Source of the DNA: Leidyana gryllorum EB-2025a
Taxonomy: Eukaryota; Protista; Apicomplexa
NCBI GenBank assembly: GCA_048772705.1
Contig: JBLWGC010000213.1
Span: 1 to 64,000, forward strand
Reading direction: 5' to 3'
DNA length: 64,000 nucleotides
Part shown: positions 45,276 to 56,250 of the stretch, piece after piece
Numbering within the stretch: position 1 is the stretch's first letter
Layout: every line of letters starts with the position of its first letter
Notes under the pieces: generated by a model
The model's database searches: none
Told to the model about the DNA's origin: nothing
What the model saw: only the letters and a program-made list of their open reading frames with translations
Made by a program: the position numbers and the translations under genes

Positions 45276-46997
45276 ATGCCAAGTGGTGCACCGATCCACA
45301 CACAATTTTCCATGAGGCGGAGGACTTCTGATCCACCCGGTCGGGAGTCGCACTGCGCTCCTGCCCCAACCGTTACCGAACCATCCCACCCGAGCAGGAA
45401 CGGAACCAGTTCAACTCGTGCTACGACTGGGTCCGACCACGCTGTGACCACCAGTGCTGGAAGTTGGACGGCTGGAATTGAGGTCACGCCAGGAGCTCTG
45501 GAGCTCGCTCTCCAGGCGGCTGCGATAGGCGACCCGAGGGCATTGCAGTCTGATGTTCTCCCAGTTCCGACAGCCGTCAAACAGATCATATCTGCCTTAC
45601 CCAAACCACTACCTGGCGATATTCCTGTGATTCGCAAGGTGACCGTTGTTAGACATTAGTCAGTCAGAATAGGCGTTCTGCAGTTCACCACTGTCTTTGA
45701 AGAGTTCACAGTGATCCGTAGAATCGGGGTATGAGTGAACTTGAGATTAGGCACACATTACATATTGAATGCTCCTTAGGCCGGAACCTATGCTCGAGTC
45801 TTCGAACTGCGCCACCGCACCACTGGAGCCACCTCTGCCGGGAAGTTCTTGAAGCCAGACACTTTTCCTATGAATACCCGTGCCAGAGTAGTTCAAATGT
45901 TCAAGAATGAGATTCATGTAAGCAGTTCGTTCCTTCTACAGTGTGTGCATCATCGTTCACGCGCTCAATCAGCTGCTGGCCCGTACGCAGTGCCCCGCCA
46001 CCGTCCAGATGAACGCCGTCTATTGGGGTCCCGATGGAGTACTGCTTGACCTCGAACATGTTGACGGAGGGGTGAGTGACTTTGCGATCTAATGATGATG
46101 ATGATGATGACTGGAAACCAGACCATATGGCGGGAGCAAGTGTGTCCCAACATCCAGAGCAGCTGGACCCACCTGATCCAACTGTTGCAGGGGGTAGAAT
46201 TCCTCCACAATCGAGGAGTCGTGCATCGTGACCTCAAGGTGGGCTCAGAAGCGCTGCCGAGGCTCTAATGTGTGTGTTCGCATTCGCAGCCAACAAATAT
46301 CCTTCGCGATTCAACTGCTCGGCTGAAAATAGCCGACTTTGGCTGGGCCGAGGAAATTCGGTTGTTACACAGTACTCCTGGGGAATGGCCGGGGACGCTC
46401 GAAATCAATGTGAGTTGTGTCAATTGAACCGTTGATAAATCGTTCAAAACCCCGTAGCCTCCGGAGGTGCTGCAATTCAGAGGGCCGTTGTCAGAAAAGA
46501 TAGATAACTACGCTATCGGAATGAACTTCCTGTTGTTCATCAGCAATCGTTTCGTGTGCCGACAGAAAGGTATTGAAACATGGGACAACTTTGTAGATGG
46601 GACTTTGATGTCCATCAGGAATGGGCGTGCAACAGTCAGTCGGATTGATTCTCCGTATGGTGGACACGCTCAGACGACAGTCCTCGCTCCCGACCAACTT
46701 CACGCCCGAAACGTGGTCAATATTCCTCGGACTGACGGAACCCGATCCAACATCTCGGTGGTCGATAAGCAGGGTGCGTTCATCAATCAAACTGTATGTG
46801 GTGCTACTGTGAGCATAGGTGTACCATCACGCCTGGGTGGTCGAAAGGTTTCTCGAGTACGACCGCAACCACTCCAGGGAGGAGGTGAACAGTCTCCTCT
46901 GGCTAGGTGAGAAACAGCAGCTGGGCGTCCCCTCTTAGTGAGCGGGACCCCATCGATAGGAATTGAGTCATATACACCCTCCAGAAACGGCCCGTAA
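45276..46997 (+). CDS. Divergent Aurora-like Ser/Thr kinase (many short exons)
   Basis: IG|AGTYARV, AGKFL, KNEIH, HRDLK|PTN, LKIADFGWA, GTLEIN|PPE, EPDPTSRWSISR|VYHHAWV; 3' end uncertain. Confidence 0.75.
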
Positions 46998-47247
46998 CGC
47001 TCTCTCCTCCCATCGAATCCCACGGCGACCGTCTTTGTTACATCGAGTATTTCAGACCCCACGATTTGACTGGAAAGATGAAGGCCGCCATGGACTACCA
47101 GTTCAATATAGGGGTCTAAGTCATCTCGGAAGGCGTTTGGGCATAAGCTCAAGCCGCGAATGGACCGAAGAAGTGCAGCACGACACTACCGATGATGCAC
47201 AAGAAACTACTGGAAGTGGAGAGTAGTCAAGATTTTTTTGAGGGAAG

Positions 47248-48933
47248 ATGATCGCCAACCTGCCTGCTATTCTCGGAAGAAGTACCCTGAATGTCGGATT
47301 CAGCAAAGTCTTGGTCGGAAGGGGGCATAAGGTGCGCAGGTTCAATTCGAGCGCTGCCTCCACGCCCTTCCTGGCCCCTTCCAAGGACCTACCAGGGGAG
47401 TCCAAGAGACCAGTCTATCTCGACTACCAGGCAACCACTCCTCTGGACCCTCGAGTTTTGCAGAAAATGCTCCCTTCATTGACCTACCAATTCGGCAATG
47501 CCCATTCAAGAACTCATGCGTATGGATGGGAGGCGGAAGCTCTGACGGAAGAGGGCCGAAAGAATGTGGCCGAGCTAATTGGAGCTCAACCAAAAGAAAT
47601 TGTATTCACTTCAGGAGCCACCGAATCCAACAACCTAGCCATCAAGGGCCTCGCACAATTCTACGGGAAGCAGCGCGGTGCTAAACATGCCATCTCGCTC
47701 CAGACTGAGCACAAGTGCGTATTGGCGAGTCTTCAGTGGCTTGAACAGCACATGGGATGGGACGTCACGTACCTACCGGTCAAGGAAGATGGATTGGTTG
47801 ACCTTCAGAAGGTAAGATACGCACATCGCACACGTGTTCTATCTAAACTCTGGCTTATTCAGTTGGAGGAGGCAATAAGACCAGACACGGCTTTCGTGTC
47901 GTGCATGCTGGTCAATAATGAAATTGGCGTGATTCAACCAGTAAAAGATATTGTTCGGATCTGCAAAGCAAAGAACGTGTTTGTTCATTGCGATGCAGCC
48001 CAAGCCGCTGGCAAGATCCCTGTGGATGTCAACGAACTTGGTGTGGATCTCATGTCCCTTTCTGGCCACAAGATTTACGGACCAAAAGGTAATTGGATAT
48101 CTGTATTCATGGACAGCAGCGGTCGACGACGGACTTGTGAGACTTCCAATAGTCGTCTGACCGCTGCGGCGCAGAAGCGTCTCAGATTGCGATATTTGGG
48201 CCGATAATGATTCCTGTCGCCTGTATAAGCTATCAATTTGAACACATTTTTGCAGGTATCGGAGCTTTGTACGTTCGCTCCAAGCCGCGTGTTCGCCTTG
48301 TGCCTCAAATGTCAGGAGGTGGACAGGAGCGAGGTCTCCGAAGTGGCACTTTGCCTGTACCGCTTTGCGTGGGTATGGGTGAAGCTGCTCGAATTTGCAA
48401 GGAAGAGATGGCCATTGAATCTGAACGTCTGACTACTTTGGCCAAAAGGTGAGTCCTCGATCGTTGAAGCTCGAGATTGGTTAATTAATTAATTGCTCAG
48501 ATTCATTGAGAGAATCAAGAGCCGTTGTGAAGGTGTCTCCCTCAACGGTTCCGAAACGAACAGATTCCCAGGAAACTGCAATCTGTCATTTGCTTGTGTC
48601 GAAGGCGAATCATTGTTGATGGCGATGAAGAATGTCGCTGTCTCATCAGGTTCCGCCTGTACATCCGCCTCTTTGGAGCCGAGTTATGTCTTGAGGGCCA
48701 TTGGAGTAGACGAGGAGCTCGCGCATACGTCTATCCGATTCGGCATTGGTCGATATACCACTGAAGAAGAGGTAGGCCCAACCCCCTCCCCTTGCGTAAT
48801 ATCACGTGGCAATGTTTCTTAGGTTGACTTCGTCGCTGATGCCGTAGTTGAGGCCGTAGAAAAGCTCAGGTCGTTGTCTCCCCTGTGGGAAATGTACAAG
48901 TCTGGAGAGAAATCCCAGATGGTGTGGACCTGA
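47248..48933 (+). CDS. NFS1: Mitochondrial cysteine desulfurase
   Basis: Presequence-like N-terminus; [46 protein letters not shown]; four introns. Confidence 0.96.
48110..48247 (+). ncRNA. Candidate intronic H/ACA snoRNA in NFS1 intron 2
   Basis: Hairpin 1 GCAGCGGTC-GACGAC/GTCGTC-T-GACCGCTGC; hairpin 2 TCAGATTG/CAATTTGA with internal pocket, followed immediately by ACA (48242-48244). Confidence 0.5.
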
Positions 48934-48955
48934 AAAGACTTTTTTAGAGTGAACC

Positions 48956-50376
48956 ATGTTACGGCCAATGGGAAGTAGATCAGACACTCTACAACTGTCG
49001 GTCTTAGCTGACGATCTCCGGCTGGAAAGCTCTACAGGTCGGGATCTTTTAGAGTCAGTAAATCATTTCCGCGCCACTCCACCACATCGGTTTACTCCGC
49101 CTTCACGCCGCACTGCTCGACCGACAAAGATTGCATTAGAGGATCCGGATGAGTTGTACTTACAGAACCGTCAGACCCAACTGCGTCAAGCCAGAAACTG
49201 GGCGTATCCAGCTATCAATGCCGTAATGCTTGTGGCCCGTTTATGTTCACCCATGGCCAAGTTGTACACGAAGCATCCGGAAAGTCGGCCTTTCTTAGCC
49301 CCTTGGCGCGGGTTCTACTGGATACAGTTTCCGCTACTGTCGCTCCAGATTCTGTTCGTGCTGATGGGCTTTACGCCTGTGCTTCGAGGAGTGCCGATCT
49401 ATAACAGAGTCAGCATATGTCATTGGGCGTGCGTGGCCCTGGGAATGGGCTGGCAATGGGCATTTGGCGGCTATGGGAGTATCTCTGTTGCCAGTGCTTT
49501 CTCTTTGTTCTGGGTGACCTTCTCTTGGACCAATATGTTCTTAATAAAAGTTGAACGAACCAAAGGACTACATGGTATATGGCAACATACGCAACGGCAA
49601 TCCATCAAGTTTCGCGATTTCTGGCTCATCGAGCTGCCAATGCTATGTGAAGGCATTTGGGCTTATCTGCTATTTGTAAATACTTCGAATTATTTAACCG
49701 TAGCCGGTGGGTAGATTGGCTATTGATCGATCGGGTGTGTCCAAATGTGTGTTTGACAGAGTATCTGAGTTTCTACCCTGAAGATATGTTTTCCACATCA
49801 CTGGCCACACGAATGCTGAGTGCTGCCGTCACCAGTCTTGTTGTGACGGCAGGACTGACAGTTATGATGTATACTCGCAAGCGGGTATGTCAGTCTGTGG
49901 CGCATGTGGGGCGACAATGATCACTTGCTGTTTCTCAGGGAGGCTACACCCCTTTGCCGATAGCCGCGGCTTGGTGGTATTTAGATCTGTCTGTGAGCTT
50001 CTCGAAAGAGACCAATGCATTGGAATCGCCGCATCTGTCATGGGTGGACGATTTGGTTGGTGAGGCATTTCAGTATGCATGCTCGAGCGTTGGACTGGCT
50101 TTCATATTTCTGGGGCTAGTATCGCTGGCACTACAGGCCTCACGCCTGGCTGCGATCCTCCGAGGTATGCGAAGCGACTCTGACGGTCGGAGCGTGTTTT
50201 CATGGCTCGGCGCGCAATCTATTCCGCCGTACCCATCTGATTACGACTGGGACACCACCGGGCAGCGCAGAGGGCCGCTGGCAGAGCCGAGTGCACCTAA
50301 GAGGAGGCCTAGCGAGTTCCTTATGAGGGATGATTCAATGATGACAGATGCTAATACGCCTGTCCGCAAGAAGTAG
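48956..50376 (+). CDS. Multi-pass Trp-rich membrane protein
   Basis: Three open segments joined by two GT-AG introns; seven or eight hydrophobic helices; family not identified. Confidence 0.7.
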
Positions 50377-50438
50377 ATTTAATGTGTGATCAACACGCTC
50401 CATTTTGATACAAGCTAAGGAACAAACAGATCGGAATC

Positions 50439-51194
50439 ATGAGTCAACAGACATCCCGCAGAACTAGTCTTTCCCAGCCCACTGCTGCAGCGGGGACGCA
50501 GAGAGCACCGTCACCCAAGCCATCGCCTCAGCCCTCCCCAGCGCCGTCGCCTCGCAACTCCAGAGCAGCTAGCCCCAGACCAGTCGAGCCGGAGGAGCCG
50601 TCCCCAGTGGCTGAGCAGAAACCCCGCAGTCGCTCACCCAGTCCTCGGCCGTCTGTACAGGAGACAAAGACCGAAACGACCAAAGTGGAATCCAAGCCGC
50701 AGTCTCGCAGAGCCTCTCTCGATGTTCCCAAGCCTGAAGAAACCCGCACTGCCAGCCCGAGAGGGTCGGGATCGAAGGCCGGAAGTGCTGTGAGCAGCCG
50801 TCGTGGCAGCGCGGTCAGCAGTCGTCGCGGCAGCGCATCGCCGAGTCCCGTGCCGCCACCCCCAGCCAAGCCCAAGGCCAAAGCGAAGGGCAAGGCTAAG
50901 GCAAAGGCCAAAGCCAAAGCCAAGGCTCAGACAAAGAAGCGTGCAGCGCCTCCCAGTACTGATACGGGAGACGCTAAGCGCCCAAAGCGTCAGTCCGCTC
51001 AAGGTGTGCACAAGTTAGTGGAGCAGGAAGGAATCGAGAGTTACGACGAGGGTGCCGTGTCGGCTGTTCAGCCCAACGTTTCCGGTAGCGAGAACGGAGA
51101 GTCTATGGTTGAAGGGCCCTCGCATGCCACGTCGTCCGAAGGGGGAGTCGAGGAAGGCGAAGAGTCGTCTGCTATGACAGAAAGCGTCGTCTAG
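50439..51194 (+). CDS. Low-complexity Ser/Pro/Arg/Lys-rich protein with (KA)n tract
   Basis: 251-aa ORF; RRxS and SP repeats, KPKAKAKGKAKAKAKAKAK, KRPKR, acidic tail. Confidence 0.8.
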   Translation: MSQQTSRRTSLSQPTAAAGTQRAPSPKPSPQPSPAPSPRNSRAASPRPVEPEEPSPVAEQKPRSRSPSPRPSVQETKTETTKVESKPQSRRASLDVPKPEETRTASPRGSGSKAGSAVSSRRGSAVSSRRGSASPSPVPPPPAKPKAKAKGKAKAKAKAKAKAQTKKRAAPPSTDTGDAKRPKRQSAQGVHKLVEQEGIESYDEGAVSAVQPNVSGSENGESMVEGPSHATSSEGGVEEGEESSAMTESVV

Positions 51195-51242
51195 GCTACT
51201 TGTCAGCGTTCGTTTCTATGGAATATCATCAAACCAACGTCT

Positions 51243-53032
51243 TTACATATCCATCTCTTTCATAGTCTCCTTCTCTGGAACTGTACAGATGGCTGCCTCT
51301 GTGGTACACATTAGCGACGCGACCGATGCCGCATCCGTAAGAGCCGTGAGTACCACTTTGGCGGGATCGAGAATGCCTGGAATGAAACGATCGGTAGTCA
51401 CTCGTCTCGCCAACCAATATATATATGAATACTCACCTTGTTTCAACATGTCAACATATTCCCCAGTATTGGCATCAAAGCCCTTTCCAAACTTGTGGTC
51501 TCTCAGCAAATTGCCAGCGACGATAGCCCCTTCGTGGCCGGCGTTGCTGCTAATGAGTTTGCAGGGGACAGCGCAAGCTTTGCGCACGATGCTGATCCCG
51601 GTGTCTTGATCGAGATTCTCGCCCTTGAGATCCTTGATAGCTTCAGCCGCGAATAGCAACGCAGTGCCTCCCCCCGGCAACACACCGCTCTCCACAGCAG
51701 CTCGGGTGGCGCAGAGCGCGTCATCCAACCGATCCTTCGCCTCAGCCACCTCCAACTCACTGCCACCGCCAACGTGGATGACTGCAACGCCGCCGCTCAA
51801 CTTGGCCAGCCGTTCCTGCAGTTTGACCTTCTCATATTCGGAAAGGTCGGAATCAGTTGTCAATTGATGCTTAATCATCTCGACCCGCTTGTGCATCTCT
51901 TTGGGGTTGGCGTCTCCTTCCATTACAATGGTCTGATCTTTGGACACTCTGACCTTCTTCGCTCGCCCCAGTTCGTTGGGCTTGAGTTGTTCCAATTTGG
52001 CTCCCGTCTCCCGACTGACCACAACCCCTCCAGTCAGAGCGGCCAGATCCTCCAGTTGTCGTTTGCGGTTGTCTCCGAATCCCGGTGCGCGGACAGCGCA
52101 CACTTTCAGGCCCGCGCGGAGGCGGTTGAGCACCAAAGTAGCCAGAAGATCGCCATCGATTTCCTCAGCCACTATCAGCAGCTCCGCGTTATTGGAAATG
52201 ATATATTCCAGGATGGGTACGAGTGACTGGATGTTGGAAAGCTTCTCGTCGGCGAGCAGAATGTAAGGGTTCTCGAGCTCACACTTGGAAGTCTTGTGGT
52301 CCGTGACGAAAAAGGAGGACACATAGCCTCTGTCAAACTCGTACCCATCGACCAAAACTAACTCATGTTGCAGCGATTTGCCTTCGCTCACAGTAATGGT
52401 TCCATCTCGGCCAACCTTCTCCATGGCATCGCTAATCAATTTCCCGATAACTTCGTCGCCATTGGCAGACACGCGGCCTACGTGATAAATATCCGCACTC
52501 TTAGTCACCGGCTGAGCCATCTGCTCCAGGTACCCCCGGACGGCTTCAGTCGCCTTCTTGATACCCCGCAACACTTCCATGGGGTTGAGACCGGCCGCCA
52601 CAGCCTCACAGCCTCCTTTATAAATCGCGCGGGCCAACACTGTGGCGGTGGTGGTTCCGTCGCCACTGGCGTCGTTGGCTGCCTGCGCCACTCCTTTGAT
52701 CAGAGCCGCCCCGAGATTCTGTTTGAAAACGACGCCTGTGTTACGCAAAGGCTTAATTGGTCACCTACTGGAAGTTTCTCAGGCAAGTCAACCGCCTTGG
52801 CCACAGTGACACCGTCTTTGGTAATCTTCGGAGGTCCATACGACTGCTCGATGATAACGTTGCGGCCGCGTGGGCCCAAAGTGGCTCCAACTGTGTCGGC
52901 GAGAAGATCGCATCCTCGCAGAATCTCCGCACGCGCGCCGGCACCGTGCCAAATCTGCTTAGAGGAGGCGAGGAATCGCGCAGCTCCCAGTGTCTGGGGG
53001 AAAGAACGACTGCATTGCTTTGAGAGACTCAT
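51243..53032 (-). CDS. HSP60: Mitochondrial chaperonin 60
   Basis: [51 protein letters not shown]; presequence; two introns. Confidence 0.96.
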
Positions 53033-53061
53033 CGGATTCAGATACAATTTTTTGGGAACTG

Positions 53062-53373
53062 ATGGGGCTCACTGAGCTGGAAAGGCAAGTTCGCAAGCAG
53101 AACCGGAAACCAAGGAGGGATGTTGTCAAGGAGTGGGTTCAGAAGAACCACGCAGCCAAATTTGCGGGGAAGAAGGCAGCTGAGCAACCTGTTGGTGAGC
53201 TCAAGGCAGTCACCGTCCCTATAAAGAAGAAGGCTGCTCGCCTGGAGACCCTCGATCCCCTGTCTGAGACGGCGGCGAAAGTAGCCCTTTTCAGACAGCG
53301 GTTGAAAGAGAAGAGAGAGAAGAGAAAGCAGAAGCTCGATACTGAGCAATCCAATACTGGGAAACCCAACTAA
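53062..53373 (+). CDS. Small basic hypothetical protein, 103 aa
   Basis: Lys/Arg-rich ORF that exactly fills the gap between HSP60 and the TKL; T6 tract upstream. Confidence 0.7.
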   Translation: MGLTELERQVRKQNRKPRRDVVKEWVQKNHAAKFAGKKAAEQPVGELKAVTVPIKKKAARLETLDPLSETAAKVALFRQRLKEKREKRKQKLDTEQSNTGKPN

Positions 53374-56193
53374 TCCCGCGAGACAGCTGTGGAAACACCG
53401 TCTTCAGTTGGCCGGGGACTTGACGTTTCACTTCGTTTGAGGAATTTGAGTAACTTGAGGGATACAGACCTTCTATGACTCCGCCGACTCGATTCCTCGG
53501 CGTCAGCCAGCACTTGAAATTCCTGTGAAATCGTCAAGAATACATTCAAACCCCTTTTCCTCACTCTATGCAACTCGGCAAACGTCGGCCTCCTACGAGC
53601 GTCAGAGTCGGTGCATCGACGGAATATATTGATCAGATCGGCTATAATAGAGCGAGTTGCTTGAAAATCACCTGCTTTTAAACCATATCAAACTCACGAG
53701 TTATTCGGGTCGTAGCCCTAGGAGTTCTGACTCTCAGCCGTCCAAAGCCGACTGCCGCACCTATAGTATGTGCTCTCAAATGCACAAGGGGTATTTCGTT
53801 AGTCATCATTTCCCTGTTCGACACGAAATGCTTCGATTCCCACCAAAGATGCCTCACCATAGCACCAGACCAAATGCGTACGTGTCTGAACTTCGCGTAT
53901 GGGCGTTCCCACGACATACTTCGGGAGCCATCCAATGTGGCGTGCCGACTTCGTGTCCGACTTCATACGCCTGTCATAAGCTTCACATGCAATAGCCCGC
54001 TTTCCAACTCACCGCGTCCTGCATCGACAGCAAGTTTTCCACTACTCCGCATTGGCCGCCTAACGCGGGAGCTAAAAGGAAGGACTTGGCCAGCCCGAAG
54101 TCACAGATCTTCGCCAAGTAGTGCGGCTGACCGTCCTGCCGAGCTTTACTTTACCAAACTCCCATCTATAACGATCCGTTCACCTTATCCTGAGAAATCT
54201 TGAGTAATACATTACTAGACTTCAGGTCGCAATGTAGAATATTTTCATTGTGCAGGTACTCCATGGCTGCACACACGTGCTGAGCCTGAGTCAAGGACCG
54301 ATTGGTATTCCCACTTTGGCTATTGACACGATTGCAGCTCGGCTCAGACGTTCCCGCCGCCGGTGGAGGAGATCCAATAGTGAACCGTCTGGTATATATT
54401 CAGTCAGCAGGAGCTAAAAGAGGATTATGACCACCCAGCCATTGATGGCGAACTCACAGGTCGTGGCCGTCGCAAGCAGACCCCCCACAGCATGGTGATA
54501 TTTGGGTGACGCAGTGCTGCAAGTAGGCTCAGCTCATTCGCGAACTCTTTGAGGGCTCGCACTTGCTGATACGAAACTGCAGATTGACTGGCGATATCAA
54601 ACCCACGAAGGCACTTAAGCACTCACATGACGAAGTTCGGAAACTCATAAAATCACGTTTGAGCTCCTTGCCCGCGACCAGAATATGCATTGCACTGGAT
54701 TTGAAGAGATCCACTCTCCCGAAACCTGATCGAAGACGTTAATCCTATGTCGAGAGAAATGGGGGGGTATATAGCACTCACCCCCTTGACCCAAATGTTG
54801 TTCGAGCTTCAAGTCGTTCACATCAAACAGATATCGACGCAGTTCCGGGATGCCTCCAGCGACCGCCCGGAAGATGTCGAGGGTAGGATCATCGGGTGGA
54901 CCTTCTTGGGAACCGGGGGGTACAATGTCACGAATTCTCTCTTTACGACGGTATTCCAACTTCACCCTGAGGCGCAGAACTACTCGAGCTCGGAAGGGAT
55001 TGAGAGGCACTCACAGTTCCTGACAACCGGTTAGGAAGAACCACGCTAAAGGCTCTTCAATCTCGAGCTCTTCGCAGACCACTTGCACCCCTTCGCGTTC
55101 ATCGAAGGTCTCTATGCGCTCTCTTTCAGCACCACACAATCGTAACAAAGCGAGAAGAGCTTCGCCGTCCAACTGGTGGGACTCTACCACAGGACACATC
55201 TGTTCGGCAATTCCTAGTGCTCCCATGAGAGTCTTCACATGTGCAGTGGTCCAGGTTGCGATCCTGGAATGAGCTGCGTCTGGGGGGAGTTGTTTGCTCA
55301 CCCTCGGGAGGCAACAGCGGCACACGCACTCTTGACTCGTGCAGAACGAGGTCGTCGCAAATCGGAAAGAATGGGAGTGGACCCTCTCCGCGACAATCTA
55401 CCACTCAACCGACGTACTCGAGAGTTGACTGATCGATGTACTGGGGTATTGCCTTCGTGGGACAAACGCACAAATCCATCGGACGCTTCCGAGGGTAAAG
55501 GAGTCATTGGCAGGAGTTCATCTAGGGGTGCACGACTCGTTCGCTTGTTCTGCTCAGGATCTCTCTCATCGTTCCACTTGCTTACAGCAGCGTGTGACTC
55601 GGCATAAACCTTTCCGGAGCGGTGATCGAACACAAGTGAGGCGCCTTTGGGGCGGCTACCATCAAAGAGGGCCAAAACGGTGCGCTTCGCGGTACTGACT
55701 TTGCCGAATCCTTGCCTGTGGGTGGCAGCTTTTGTGCAGCTCACACCCTTTGGTGGGCTCACCGTCGTCCACGATGGAAGAAGCCAGTGTACCGTTCGTT
55801 CGCATCCCCAATGGTCGTACAGAAGCCGTGCAGTTTATCGTTCAGCCAGGTTCCAGCCAGGCATTGATCCTCAGATTCACGAAACGTTCCATATCCGTGT
55901 TTGTGCCCCGCTTTCCAATGACTTGGGAGTTGATAGGATGTGTTCAAGATCCACTTGATGCACTCACCCTTCATAAGTAGGCACCATATAGGACGCGCGG
56001 TCAGACCCCGGTTTGCCTTCCTTTTGGGCTTGTTGTACGATCGATACATAGAAGTACCTGAAGCGATCTTTGCCTATTCCAGCCCGACAAACCTATAAGA
56101 TTACCTTCCCCATCCGTTTCGAGTGGTGTCTTCAGTTTCCCCTTCGTATATATCGCCATTAGAATATGTTATGCGTACAAGTGCACTCTTCAT
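53370..56193 (-). CDS. Tyrosine-kinase-like (TKL) kinase with MORN repeats and SAM domain
   Basis: YSNGDIYEGE..NGWG and HWKAGHKHGYG (MORN); WTTAHV..LDGEALL (SAM); HCDLKSSN, ICDFGLA, GTPHWMAPE (TKL); about ten introns. Confidence 0.88.
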
Positions 56194-56250
56194 GCCAGAC
56201 CGAAAAATGGGTAAGTTGTGGTCCAAAAGACCTTTCAAAAAAGCACCACA

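Noticed and set aside
48116-48167. NFS1 intron hairpin read as a SECIS element or C/D snoRNA (TCGACGA...CTGA)
   Set aside because: Intronic rather than 3' UTR, no in-frame TGA in NFS1, C box has two mismatches and the span is too short
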